From Felis catus (Eukaryota), in contig NC_058375.1 of NCBI RefSeq assembly GCF_018350175.1, positions 136,524,001-136,588,000 of the forward strand: DNA of 64,000 bases, given 5' to 3'. The position numbers were made by a program, and so were the translations under genes. The notes under the pieces were generated by a model, which saw only the letters and a program-made list of their open reading frames with translations, was not told where the DNA came from and made no database searches. Of this stretch, positions 1-12,953 are shown piece by piece (position 1 is the first letter of the stretch; each line of letters opens with the position of its first letter).

Positions 1-487
1 TCTATATAAACGTGCCATACCTGCATCTGGTGATAAGTCTAATGTCAGCAAGGACATCAGCTGGGAAGATAGATAGATATAGAGTTAGGGGGGCCCAAGC
101 AATAATAGCAGGAGCCTGTGAGGGCAAACTGGGATCACGCCTCTCTCTCACTGCCTCCAGTACCAACGATGCAGGTGATCTGCAGGGTCACCTGGCCCCC
201 CTTGTGCATGTGTGTGTAGCTCAGGGTTCTGTGCAGTTGAGGAAGAAGTCCCTTAAGTCTGGCTGCTGTCTATACCCTGAAGATGAGTGACAATATCAGC
301 AATCACATAAGTGAGTGGCAATAGGACCCACGCTAGGGTGACTTAGACCACGAAAGTATCTGCTTCTTCACTTCTGCCTTGCAAATCTCACACAAATTTC
401 TCTGATGGCCACAGGAACCTAGCTATAGGAAAAGGAATTCTGGGAAATGTAGTTCTAGCTAAGCTGACACGGGATAAAGATACCACA
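1..487 (-). mobile_element. ERVL-type solo LTR (MLT2-like), truncated by window edge
   Basis: Reverse complement begins TGTGGTATC...TGTCAGCTTAGCTAGAACTACATTTCCCAGAATTCC, resembling MLT2-class LTR 5' ends. Confidence 0.65.
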
Positions 488-739
488 ACGGGTGTCAATA
501 AGTTTCTCATGGCAAAATGTAAATTGAGAAGTGCTTAGCTAGTCACAGTTCTGAAACTATTCTTATTCCCCAGTCGTAGGACACTCTGCTCCAATGGCAT
601 CTTCTGCAACTAATCTTGGTGGCCTGCACATTGCTTGAGAACTACATTATGGCAAAATTGAGTGATGTTAGGACAAGACCACCACCTAATTTCAAGACCT
701 CATCTACCTCTACTTGTAAAGAAATTATTTAGGTTGTTA

Positions 740-960
740 TGCTCAGAAAGCAGAGTGTGGTCGACAGTTACCAATGTTGACTCTCAGATGGGCCTAGGTT
801 TAAACCATGGCTCTTCCTCCTACCAGTTATATGCCCTGGGGCAATCTGTTCTAGCTTTCTCATCTGTGAAATGGGGATAATAATAGCAATGGCCTCCTCT
901 GGTGTGGGCATTAAACATTTCAAACATATAAAATGCTTTGATCACTGCTGTGCTTAATAA
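740..960 (+). mobile_element. MIR SINE fragment
   Basis: Core-like TTTCTCATCTGTGAAATGGGGATAATAATAG. Confidence 0.75.
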
Positions 961-1174
961 ATCTTGACCAGTAGACTTATACTGGAAATCCACTTTAATA
1001 ATAATTTGTTGTACAGCATTTCAATATCCTCATGATTAGAAAAATTAATCTTCTTTACCTTTTTAAAGATAGTCTAACCTTCAAAAGAAAATGCTATGTT
1101 GAATATGGATCTCTATTTTGATTCTACACCTTGTCATTTATGTTCCTATAGGAGAATTCTTTCCTGAACCGATT

Positions 1175-1445
1175 TTTTAAAAATTTTTTAAATGTTTATT
1201 TATTTTTTTAATTTTTTTTTCTTCAACGTTTTTATTTATTTCTGGGACAGAGAGAGACAGAGCATGAACGGGGGAGGGGCAGAGAGAGAGGGAGACACAG
1301 AATCGGAAACAGGCTCCAGGCTCCGAGCCATCAGCCCAGAGCCTGACACGGGGCTTGAACTCACAGACCGCGAGATCGTGACCTGGCTGAAGTCGGACGC
1401 TTAACCGACTGCGCCACCCAGGCGCCCCAATGTTTATTTATTTTT

Positions 1446-1493
<48 letters not shown>

Positions 1494-1655
1494 TGCAAGC
1501 AGGGGAGGAGCAGAGAGAGAGGGAGACACAGAACTGGAAGCAGTCTCCAGACCCTGAGCTGTCAGCACAGAGCTCAACACGTGGCTTGAACTCACAGATC
1601 ATGAGATTATGAGCTGAAGTCGGTTGCTCAACCGACTGAGCCACCCAGGCACCCC
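1175..1655 (-). mobile_element. Can-SINE (older, outer element) interrupted in its A-tail by a younger SINE
   Basis: Body 1429-1655 with (AG)n and terminal CCACCCAGGCACCCC; tail remnant 1175-1209; degenerate TSD TCCTGAACC(G/C)ATT on both sides. Confidence 0.9.
1210..1428 (-). mobile_element. Young feline Can-SINE (SINEC_Fc-like)
   Basis: Near-consensus, CpG-rich (CTGCGCCACCCAGGCGCCCC, GTCGGACGC); 19-bp TSD AATGTTTATTTATTTTTTT at 1191-1209 and 1429-1447. Confidence 0.95.
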
Positions 1656-4059
1656 TCTCCTGAACCCATTCTATTAAAGAACTTGGCCTTGCCATCTACT
1701 TTAACCTGAATGCTCATGACCTAAATTAAGGTGTTCATAATTCCCTTCTCTTCCCTCATCTCACAGATTTGGACAGGTAGGTTTGGACTTGAAAAATGTG
1801 AGAGAGAACAATGCATATATCATCAACTACTCAAAGCTTTTAGAGATTATATTTCCTTTTATGTTTCTGTTTTCACTTATGCTCACTCAAACCTATTGAC
1901 ACAGAAAGCATTTGCATTGAATCTGGGAACCACCAATAGCCCCAAAGTGTTGATCTCTTGATGTGTAAGTGGATCCTGCTTATCCTGGAAACCCATTCTA
2001 GGGAGTAGTACCCTGCCCCACACCTTACGGTTATGTGTTAACATAAGGTGGTAGAACACTAGGCAGCTGTCTTTCTGAGCTTTCAAAGGAGCAGACTGAA
2101 ACACAGAGCCAAGTTTGTCCGCATTTGACCATTTTCACCTTGTGAAGTTGTGAATGGAATTTACCACCATGCATTAGGTGGAAAATGTGAGTAATTGCAT
2201 TTGCTTCAGTGAGTAAAATATATATTTTATTATCATTCTTCGAGTTGAGGAAATTATGTTTTCTAGCTTTGTTGTACGTAGATCAAAGAAGAGACTCTCA
2301 TTTATGCCAGATTTCACTGTATATTAAACGAGCTATTTTGGGTGAGATTATGAGGTAACCAAAACTCTTTTTAGTTTAATTTTACCTTTAACTGGATTCA
2401 GATTGCCTTAACTGAAGAGTCAAAGGGCCTGACCCCTAATTCATTAACATAATCAGAAGCACATGTAAGCTACTGGCTGCCAATCTGTTTGCGAATCAGG
2501 GACTATGGGATACACACAGCAGTCTTAGAGGGTTTACTCAGTGGTACTCTGGGGGTATTTTAGGTACATGGCAGAGGAAAAAATAGAAAGAGAAAGGAAG
2601 AAATACCATACAGTATGCGAAAGTTTGCAAACATACTGCATCCAACTTTTCATAAAGTCCGTTGTTTTTTTAGATGGAAGAATTATGGAAATAACCCTTC
2701 TTTGCCCTCACAAATATTCATCCCTAAGTTGTATTTGTTCTCTAATTCCTGAAAATTCCAGTGGCAGGTGAGTGTAATAGCTCCTTGTGAGATAAACTCT
2801 CCTGTGGAGTATTAGTTCTCAAAGCAAATTAACTTTTGGTAAGAATTTAAATAGCAGAGAAGGAGAATATAAGGCTGAAATTTGCCTCCTGACACACATA
2901 GAGGTTAGGAGAGCAGAAAGAAAACCCTTTGTTGAACTGAGACGGGAGCACATTAAAGTGGGTGACAGCTGAGCACCGCCTGGCCCTCAGGGATTCTACC
3001 CTAGGAGGATTTTTGCAAATGCCCTCCTTCCCCAGCTTACGTTTTTTACTTTTAAAGCATCTCATTTTGGTAGAAACATTCTCTTTTTGTGTGTGTGAAA
3101 ACCTTAGAGGAATAAATTAGGTAAGGTAAAATTCAAGTTTTCATTTTCTTTTTCTGCCATCAGGCAAATGCAACAAAAATACACCGGATATTTCCTGAAG
3201 CGCCATAGTTAGGAACGGTTTATGTGCTAAGTTAGTTTTGGCGTCATCCCCTATGCCCACCTTTACATGCTGGAGTCATCATAGCTGATTAACTCTCATT
3301 ATTATAGCGCTTATTGCCTTACTTATTTCTGTAACGAGGCAGAAAGATATTTGTCCCTGGAGACAAATTTCATGTAAGATACCTTGGTCGTTCTTAAATT
3401 TATGTTGCTTTCTCTTTACAATTTAATTCTCCAAATCATATTGCTGTATTGTACATAAAACTTATGTCTTTGTCTCATAAGTCAGGGACAAGAGAAATAT
3501 TGATATTTTTGTGATCCAGAAACATCCTTCATCCATAAACGGATCTGAATGATTCAATTACTTTACTGTTAAGCATTCATTGTGAAGCTATTTTAATCTC
3601 ACCAAAAACCTCTGTGCTAACCATTTTTTCCCACAAATATATTTTGATGAACCTTATAAAGTCTCATTAATTCAGTCCCTGATACAGTAACTGGTAGATA
3701 GTAATTCCTCAATAATTCGAATGGACTGGTCTGATATTTATATAAAGCTGCTGAGATTGAATGGCAACATACCTAATGGCCCACATCTGAAAAGTTAGTG
3801 CTAAAACTTGTATAATTAACTCTCAGTAACTACTGTGTGTTATCCATTTTACAGAACATTTATTATACCACACCCATTTCCTACTACTTATGACTTATTT
3901 CATGGTCACCTTTCTTTCCCACCACACTTCTCAAGTGGGCTTTCTGTAACACTGCTCAAAATTTGTATGTGGCTTGAGTGCTCAGTTTTTTCTTAAACAC
4001 TGTTGCTATCAGCTGCTTCCTTAACTCCTACATGGTCCTTTTATCTGTCCTATTTTTTA

Positions 4060-4253
4060 GAATGCTTATTTTTGAGAGACAGAGAGGGAGAGAGCATGAG
4101 TGGGGGAGGGGCAAAGAGAGGGGGACAGAGGATCCCAATCGGAGCTCCACACTTTTAGCACAAAGCCCGATGCGGGGTTTGAACCCACCAACCGTGAGAT
4201 CATGACCTGAGCTGAAGTTGGAGGTTCACCCGACTGAGCCATCCAGGCGCCCC
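4060..4253 (-). mobile_element. Can-SINE
   Basis: Ends CATCCAGGCGCCCC; TSD CT(G/A)TCCTATTTTT. Confidence 0.92.
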
Positions 4254-4279
4254 TATCCTATTTTTGAGACAACTAGGGT

Positions 4280-4420
4280 AGACAAAGTGACTTTAAGGTC
4301 AGAAGGAATTGGGTTTGAATCTCTACCAGTCATTACCTGCATTTACATAAATGAGGTGACTAATCCTGTGGGGACTCACCATCCTCATCTATAAAGTGGT
4401 GCAATGGATGTGTTATAGGA
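4280..4420 (+). mobile_element. MIR fragment
   Basis: GGGTTTGAATCTC...CCTCATCTATAAAGTGG. Confidence 0.65.
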
Positions 4421-4999
4421 TTCTATACTGTAGAATAATAGTTTTCAATTAATTTTCCTTCTTTATACTTTCCTTAATTTCTTTTGCCTCCCTAGTTCAG
4501 GACTTTGTGGTTTGCTTGCTTGCATCTTTTATTTCTTTGTGAATGAAAATTATGTTTCTTTGCCCTTGACCCCACCAGCATTATTGCCCAGATGTGACAA
4601 GCATCCCCTTTTCAGGTGTGTTTCCCCCTAAAGCACCTCACCCGTCCTTATCACGGGCTATATTATTGGAAGATGTAAAGTGACTTATCACATTCGTGTT
4701 CTATTTGGATTAACATCCCCGACCCCTTTAGATGACTTGTCATCGAATGTACAGAAATACACATGTTCTATACTGTAGTCCTCTACTTTAAGTACAATGG
4801 CCGGACTCTATGACCTTGTTTTCCATCATGATTTTGCCTAATGGCTGGGCAACAAATGTTTCATGTTTGTCTCTATTCTTATATAGATGAGAAAAAAAAT
4901 TTTTAGCTTTTAAAGTGAAGTAGAAAGAAAAAAAAACTGTCTTTCCTCTTTGCTCTTCAAAACTAGTATTCTTTCTTTAGTGACTTGCTATTCAACATA

Positions 5000-5142
5000 T
5001 AGTCCTTGGATCATTAGCCTGAGTATTCACATGAGAGTCTGTTAGAAATGAAGAAACTTAGGCCCTGCCTAGATCTGATAAAACAGAATCTGCATTTCAT
5101 CAACACCCCCAAATCATCGCTATGCAGAGTAGAGCTGGAGAA
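5000..5142. mobile_element. MER5A-like hAT MITE
   Basis: TGTTAGAAATG...CAGAATCTGCATTT...GGAGAACT resembles MER5A. Confidence 0.7.
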
Positions 5143-5280
5143 CTCCTTTTAAACTTATTGATTAAAAAGAAAAAAAAAAAATGAAAGCCATTTTCACCTG
5201 GAAAAAAAGATCAGACAAATAGAGGCAATATTGAAATATCATCATAAACTAGCAAATGGGAAGCTGAAAAAAGGTCTTAC

Positions 5281-5504
5281 TTTTTAAAAAATGCTTAATG
5301 TTTATTTTTGAGAGAGCAAGAGAGAGACAGAGTGCAAGAGTGGGAGGGACAGAGGGAAAGGGAGACAGAGACAGAATTGGAAGAAGACTCCAGGTTCTGA
5401 GCTGTCAGCACAGAGCCTGATGCAGGGCTCGAACCCACTAACCACAAGATCATGATCAGAGCCAAAGTTGAACACTTAACCGACTGGGCCACCCAGGCGC
5501 CCCC
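5281..5504 (-). mobile_element. Can-SINE
   Basis: Full body; TSD AAAAAGGTCTT on both sides. Confidence 0.93.
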
Positions 5505-6291
5505 AAAAAGGTCTTTTTAAGCCTGCCGTAATATAGATGGCAAATTAATTGCCAGGAGAAGTGACAGCCGACAACGTCAGTCATGACAAGGGAGAGGGTA
5601 GGGCAGGTTTTTCTGCTTAGTGCTGTATGAAGCCATGGAAAATGTTGTTCGTAACCACAGTGATGTTATAAAGAAAAAAATTACCAAGTGACATATTTCT
5701 AGATTAAAAGGAAATATTAAAACTGGCTTTCAATATTTAAAGCTTACTTAACTAGTAACACTTCGCCTGACACTGACTCGTGTCATTTTATTTCATTCTT
5801 CTTTTGATCCATGCAAATAGTTACATGGTTTAAAATATATTATCATGTCACCTTTTTGAATAGATTAGATGAAAGAATTTTTTAATACTGGGTGATGAAC
5901 CCTATGGCCAAGACTTGATGAGACAATGTTTGCAATAAAGCAGTGAATCTAGACAAGAGGAAAGCCATTTTTCCCTTTTTTAAAAATAATGAAAATGCAT
6001 TATTTATGCCTACTTTCCTAATATTGTGCTCTCTGATAATTGATGAGAAGTTTTGTGAGCATTTATTCGAGGTATTTCTCTGAAGGTAGGCACTGTATAT
6101 CTCAATTCTGTTTGCGGGATCAAAAAGTGGCCAGTCATTAATATTGTTTCATCTGTAGTTGGGTGTAAAGATTCAAAGGGTATCACAAGAAGTGTTAACA
6201 TAAAACAAAATTACTTCTGTCCTGCTTTATTTTAAATGTACTCAGGCTATTATTATTGTTATTTTTTTTTTTCTTTGCTTCCCACGTAAAG

Positions 6292-6695
6292 NNNNNNNNN
6301 NNNNNNNNNNNNNNNNNNNNNNNNNNNNNNNNNNNNNNNNNNNNNNNNNNNNNNNNNNNNNNNNNNNNNNNNNNNNNNNNNNNNNNNNNNNNNNNNNNNN
6401 NNNNNNNNNNNNNNNNNNNNNNNNNNNNNNNNNNNNNNNNNNNNNNNNNNNNNNNNNNNNNNNNNNNNNNNNNNNNNNNNNNNNNNNNNNNNNNNNNNNN
6501 NNNNNNNNNNNNNNNNNNNNNNNNNNNNNNNNNNNNNNNNNNNNNNNNNNNNNNNNNNNNNNNNNNNNNNNNNNNNNNNNNNNNNNNNNNNNNNNNNNNN
6601 NNNNNNNNNNNNNNNNNNNNNNNNNNNNNNNNNNNNNNNNNNNNNNNNNNNNNNNNNNNNNNNNNNNNNNNNNNNNNNNNNNNNNNNNNNNNNNN
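6292..6695. other. Assembly gap
   Basis: Run of N. Confidence 1.
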
Positions 6696-7164
6696 CCCCA
6701 TATACTCTCTTAAAAGGGAGATGTGTGGCTGAAACACTACGCTTTGTTTATATGGCAGTATTTTCATTTTCTGTTCTGATCCTCTGACACCAAGGGTAAA
6801 ATCTTATGAGCTTGGAACTATATGTACCTGAATTAAGCTCAGGGAATTGCTGGGTGTTTGAGAGAGTTCCAGGCTCATAAATCGACCTAAGGTGATTAAA
6901 AATGGCATTCTTTGCCAGGCTGCTTAGGTGATTCAGGCTTTTGAAGTTCCTCTGATGTCTTCTATTGGTCTGGCATGCTTAACTCATAGAGCAAACTTAA
7001 ATGTGACCACTACATTTGTTATAAGGCCCAGGCTTCCTTCAACCTATTTCAACAGCAGCTGTTTTTCTTCCTATTCTATATGACCAGGACATAGTTGCTT
7101 TGCACAACAAATCCCATTACTTCTTGCTAAAGAGATGTAAGGACCATCATTTTTGTTCAGAATG

Positions 7165-7168
<4 letters not shown>

Positions 7169-7222
<54 letters not shown>
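7169..7222. repeat. (TC)n microsatellite
   Basis: Direct reading. Confidence 0.95.
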
Positions 7223-7223
<1 letters not shown>

Positions 7224-7910
7224 TTTCTTTAATTTAGAGGTTTTATTTCTGAATTTTGAAAATGGCTATTTTCTTTTGGAGTCACTTGGACCATGCCAAG
7301 GAAAGTATACTTGCCTTTTATACAATTTTTGTAGGACTCATGATAAATATGCTTTCAACTATTCTCCTGTATTTAATTAAACAGACTCATAGGTATGGTT
7401 TATCTATTCACTTCACAAATATGAATATAGTGTCTGATAGATGCCAAAAATTAGGTTAATTGCTGAGAATATACAAGTGAAATCGACAAGGTCCTTCCAT
7501 GACACGGCTTAAAATCTAAATGGGAAAGCATGTGTTGAAGAAAGAACAAAACAAATAATGAGTATTTTACAGTCAAGATAAGTGCCACAAAGGAATGGCC
7601 AGGATGGAATGAGAGCAAATAATCCTTGGTGGTAACTATCTCACTTTCTCTGAAGCCTTCAATTTTAAGATCATATTAAAACGAACACTGATAATGACTT
7701 TTTATTATAGTATTATCTTAGTCCATTAGTTATTAAAGAAAGTCATTTTTATCATTATGTTTTTCATGTTGACTCATGCAATACTTTTGTTCTTGTATGT
7801 TTTTGAATCTCCACTTTCATAAATACATTAAAATTTAAGCACCTTTTTATTATCCTCAAATACTTATGTAGAATATTCAATGGATGACACACAGCATTGA
7901 GGAACTATAT

Positions 7911-8093
7911 ATTTTTTATGTTTACTTATTTATTTTGAGAGAGAGAGAGAAAGAGCAGGGGAAGGGCAGAGAGAAGGGGAGAGAGAGAATCCCAAGCAGG
8001 CTCCATGCTGTCAGCTCAGAGCCTGACGCAAGTCTCAAACCTGAGTCCAAATCAAGAGTCAAGTGCTTAACCGACTGAGCCACCCATGCACCC
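7911..8093 (-). mobile_element. Can-SINE (older subfamily)
   Basis: AAGCAGGCTCC...GCTTAACCGACTGAGCCACCC; TSD-like TGAGGAA. Confidence 0.88.
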
Positions 8094-8184
8094 TGAGGAA
8101 TGATGGAATTTAATCCATTTTGTTTAGCTGTGTCTTCTGCTTTGAATGATATCCTGTGACAAAGATACAGTCAGATTAAATTCA

Positions 8185-8290
8185 TCCCTTCACTTATTTA
8201 TTCATTCATTGCACAGCTTATTGACCACCTACTATGCACCCTATTTGTTCCTGGGAATAAAAAAGAATGAATAAATTACGCTCTTGTATT
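8185..8290 (-). mobile_element. L2 3' end
   Basis: TTCATTCATT...TATTGACCACCTACTATGCAC. Confidence 0.65.
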
Positions 8291-8366
8291 TGTAAGCTAA
8301 CAATTACTTCTGTGACTAATAAATTCTGAAGTTTCAGTGGCCTAACAGAAGGGGGTACATTATAGT

Positions 8367-8670
8367 CCAAGGGTCCCTGCCTGGGTCTTTATACCCCTTG
8401 AGCTAAGAATGGTCGTTTCTTTTCTAAATGGCTAGAAAACATCAAAACGAGAATACTATTTCATGATATGTGAAAATTATATGCAATTCAAATTTCAGTG
8501 CCACAAAGTTTTAATGAAACATGGCCACACCCATTCATTTACGTATTGTCTTTAGCTGTTTTTGCCGTACAATGTCAGAGTTGCGGAGTTGCAAGAAAGG
8601 TTCACAGGGCCCACAAAGCTGAAAATATTTACTATCTCACCCTTTCCAAAAAAAGTTTACATCAGTGGAT
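8367..8670 (+). mobile_element. MER58B-like hAT MITE
   Basis: GAGCTAAGAATGG...AAATTCAAATTTCAGTG...GGCCCACAAAGCTGAAAATATTTACTATCT. Confidence 0.85.
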
Positions 8671-9364
8671 CCCTAGTCTAACATAATCAAAGTTTATTTC
8701 CTATTTATAAAGTGGTTGTTTCTGATCTGTAAGTGTCCCTCCTCAAAGTAGTGATGCAGGAACCCAGAGTGCCTCCATTTCTGGTGTCTGGGAGCCATCT
8801 TTAACATGGTGTCCCATAGTGGCTGTGCTTATTTGCAGTAGCTGGAAGGACAAACACATAGTGGATAATGTAGGAGCAGATTTTTTTTAATGAGGCCTGG
8901 CTATATGATACACATTGATTCAGCTCACAATAGTGTAGCTGGAATGCAGCCCTATAGCCATACTTAACTATAAATGAGACAGGAATTCTGACAAAGAAGA
9001 GAGGGAAAGGCTTTAGCAATCAGCCACCAGCCTCTGCTATAATTTTCCTTCAAAGTCATTAACCATATGAGGCAAACATGTAAAAAGATCATGATCTTAT
9101 TCTGTAATGATTTAATTAATGGGGTTATATCAAAGGTAGAGCAAAAGCAGGAAGAAAGAAATTATTTAAAGAGTTCAGCTAATGGTAAACTCAAAGATGC
9201 TACAAAGAGAAAGTATAGCATGCAAAAGTGATGATATTATAAGTTTCATGTTAACAATTTATATAGAGTGCGAATGAAACTCTGAGATGCTAGTGGGAGT
9301 ATTTAACTTTGCATGGGCGAATCAGGGAAGTATTTACAGAGAGACTCATTTTTATGATAAAATA

Positions 9365-9615
9365 ATAACAGCTAACATTTACTGAGCACTTATTGTGTTT
9401 AAGACACAACAGGAAATCTTTATGTATTAAATACTTTTACTTATCAATCACCAAAACCATGTAAGGTATTTTTTATCATCATTTCATCAATATAAATAGT
9501 AAAACTAGGATAGATTAATATTTTCTCCTCAAGGTCACATTTCTATCAAACTAAGGACTTCAAGCCACATCTTTCTGAATCCAAAACCTGTGCCCTTGAC
9601 TCTCTGTCACACTGT
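9365..9615 (-). mobile_element. MIR fragment
   Basis: ACAGCTAACATTTACTGAGCACTTA...AAGGTCACA...CCAAAACCTGTGC. Confidence 0.7.
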
Positions 9616-9871
9616 ACAAATATATACAAAGAAATAACTTGGATATCTAGTGAAGGACAAGTTAGACTGGAGAGATGACAGAATTTTGAAGGAACAGATA
9701 AAACAAGCACATTTCTGGGGGGTAAATTTTCTTAGGATATATGATTTGTAAAACAGAAAGTTAATGAGAATTTTCCTAGTCAACTAAATTTTTAATGTGG
9801 TTCATTTCAGGAAAGAAATAACACGATAGTAGGAATTTGGGGAAGTCACCTCACATTCTGTTAAGTTTTCA

Positions 9872-9902
<31 letters not shown>

Positions 9903-10779
9903 TTAGTATGTGATAGACAGTCAGATTACCAAAGTTGCCATAGACAGACTTGTGAAGTAGCTTTGATTCAGAAAACATTAAGGAATACTAGGATCTTCAT
10001 TATTTTCTTAGGTGGAACTTTTATAGCTGAAAACAGCAAAAACGAAACCCCTCATGGACACTAATGCAAACATTACCTGGCATTTGTACAAAAATTTTAT
10101 GAGTTCTCTCTCACCATAAAGGGCAGTGCTCTTTTATTACTCAGTGTAATTAAAACTTGTTCTAGAGACCACCTATGCAACGCAACCACTTCTCACTTCC
10201 ACAGTTGCTAACAGAGAAGGGCTCCTCAGATCTTTTTTGGGGGATCTTCAGTATTTGTCTTCACCTTCCTTTCTAGGCTTGTGGAATGGGCTATTGGTTT
10301 TCTTGATAATATTGTATCTGTACATCAAAATCTTTTTACCTGGTCAATTAATATTTTGGCTTATAGATTTCATGTTTTTAAGACTTAGTATTTCTTGGTG
10401 CAATTGATTAGCTTACAAGTAAATGGTGTTATATAAAGCTTGAATTTTATATTTGTTATATTTTTCAAGCATAAACACACTTTAGATATTAAATCAATAG
10501 TATCAAATTTGAATTTGTTTTACTCTAAAGCTATTCAATTGCAATAGGACCCCAGGGTTTATGTATGTTTTCTGAGCTACAGTTATATTTTGTTGTTGTC
10601 AGAACCATGTTTTCTCTTAAAACGGTCTCTTATGACCAGGGATTTGCTCAAGTTCTGTCCTTCTTTACTGCCATCGCCATTGATCAATATACTGTCTGAT
10701 ATATAACAAGCAAACAATAAACGCTAGCTAATACCATTTAAGGTAATAATAATGTCATGGTTTTTGAAATAGGAATCAT

Positions 10780-11075
10780 CCTGGCTATACTGAGAGGGTT
10801 CTGTTGGGGATAAAGTCCTTGCCCAATCTTAGGCGGGGTCCCAGAATCAGGATATTCCTGTAGAGTTGTCCCAAATAGGAGGGACTGTTGTGAACTTTTG
10901 TAGCTCCCCATTGCCTAGTCGTTGAACGTGAACTGCACTTGAGGATAAGGCATAAACTTGGACAGAACAGGCTTCTCACCTAAGGATAACTCCCAGGGAG
11001 GGAGTCAGCTTTGTGCTATCATCAGCCAACACTCGTGGCTGGCAGCTTGGGAAATGAATGCTCAGTCTTGAAGTG
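10780..11075. mobile_element. Ancient ERVL/MaLR LTR fragment
   Basis: CAGCCAACACTC...GCAGCTTGGGAAATGAATGCTCAGTCTTGAAG motif typical of old MLT1-class LTRs. Confidence 0.5.
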
Positions 11076-11689
11076 AGGAGGGAGATATTGATAGTGAACC
11101 CCAAAATTCAATAGCCTAAAACATTTTATCTACTAAAAATAGCCTGCATAAATTATTTCTTGAATTGCACCAAGTCACTATAAAATAGTTTGGATAATTG
11201 TTCTTGCCTTAAGAAATGTTGGCTAAAAGGTTAATAGGATAATTATTTGTTGTTTGGTTGTTTGTTCCACCAAGAAAACATATGCACACAGATAGAATGA
11301 GAGAAATATGAGATAGAAAGAAGGGATTATTCCATCTATCTGCATCAACTCCCATCCGTACCTAAGAGACTATCCATAATTGCAAGATTACATGTTGCAT
11401 GTACTTGAGGGCCTAGGGATCCTCCTTTCTCTTAAACATTTTTCAAAATAGTATAAAGTAATAGCATCCACCGTTTTCACTATGGAAAATCACATGATAA
11501 TCCACCTTGAATCTTTTAACAACCAAATTCTCTATGCCTTTCTCAACCGTGTAACTATAAAATAAAACATGTTACAGCCAAATGAAGAGAAACAGAGAGT
11601 AAATAAAATAAATGAATATAAAACACAATTGCACAGTGATTATATGGTGATGACTGCTGATTATGAGTTCTGCAATAAAAAAATTAGGT

Positions 11690-12600
11690 AGAGAAAAGAC
11701 AAAAGGGTTATTGGCATGGTAGAATTATAGATAGTAAGGATCATTCCCCAATAATGTGCCATTTTAGTATAGGCCTGAAGAAGATGAGAAAGTAGTCTTT
11801 ACAGATATCAAGAGTAAGAGTGCCCCAGGAAGAGAGAAGATCAAGTGCAAAAGACCTAGGTGGGGGTACATGCCTGTGTGTTCAAGGAGTAGTAGGGAAG
11901 AGAGGAGAGATGGTGTGAGTATGGGAAATAGTTTTAAGTCAATTGTAAAGACTTCAGCTTTTATTCTTAGTGAAAGGAGAAGCCATTGGAGTAGAAGAGT
12001 AGCAAGATATGATTTTGTTTTTAAAGGATCACACTTATTGCTGTGCTGAGAATAGAGTTAGGAAAGCAAGGGCAAAAGTAGAAAAATCAGTTTGGAAGCT
12101 AGTGTTGTAATTCAGGATAGAGATCATGGTGGGTGGGATTTGACAGTAGCTCTAGAATGTTTCAAAAGTAGTCAGATTCTGGTTGTATTCTGAAGGTAGA
12201 GTTGTCAGCACATTTTGTAGATTGTGAGTGAAAAGGAGTTAGAGGTGACTCAGATTTTTTGGATTGAATTGGAGGGATGGCGATGCCATTTCTGAAAGCA
12301 GAAAGTCAGTGGAAGGGAGAAGCAGGTGTTGAGAAAAGACACGGAACTCGGTTTGGGCATTGCTTGTAGAGATACCCAAGTGGAGGCAACACATCGACAA
12401 CCGAATATGCGAGCGTGGAGTTCAGGCGACATATTATCTAACCTGAAAATAAACATTTGTGGCTTGACTACATGAATGGGAATGCAGATGAACAAGAAAC
12501 AGAACTGAAAAAGGGGGTAGGCTCAGAGGTAGGAGAAAAACCAGGAGAGGGTTATGTCTTGGCAGGCAGTTGAGAAAATGTTTTGAAGAGTTTTTTAGAC
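11690..12600 (-). mobile_element. L2 LINE fragment
   Basis: Purine-rich L2 antisense hallmarks (AAGTGCAAAAGACCT, AAGCCATTGGAG, TTTAAAGGATCAC, GGAGTTCAGG). Confidence 0.8.
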
Positions 12601-12915
12601 TGTAACATGCAGAACATCCTTTAAACTATAAATATGAGCAACCAATTTTGAAGAAGTATTTGGCTCCAAGGCCGTAATCCAATAAGCCCATAAATATTTT
12701 CTTAATATATTAGGTGCAGGTCATTCATTCAACAGCGGCCAACGAGAGATAGTTCTGTGCATTCGGCCTTGTTGAAAGTTCAGGTTCCCATAGGACTGTG
12801 AGTATATTATTTTATCAATAGTATTTATTTAAAGGAGCATCAGTATTTACATTGCTTTTTTCAAATTCCGTGTAAAACTTTCATATTGCTATTGCATTCT
12901 TAACAATGAAGCAAC

Positions 12916-12916
<1 letters not shown>

Positions 12917-12951
<35 letters not shown>
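12917..12951. repeat. (CA)n microsatellite
   Basis: Direct reading. Confidence 0.95.
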
Positions 12952-12953
<2 letters not shown>

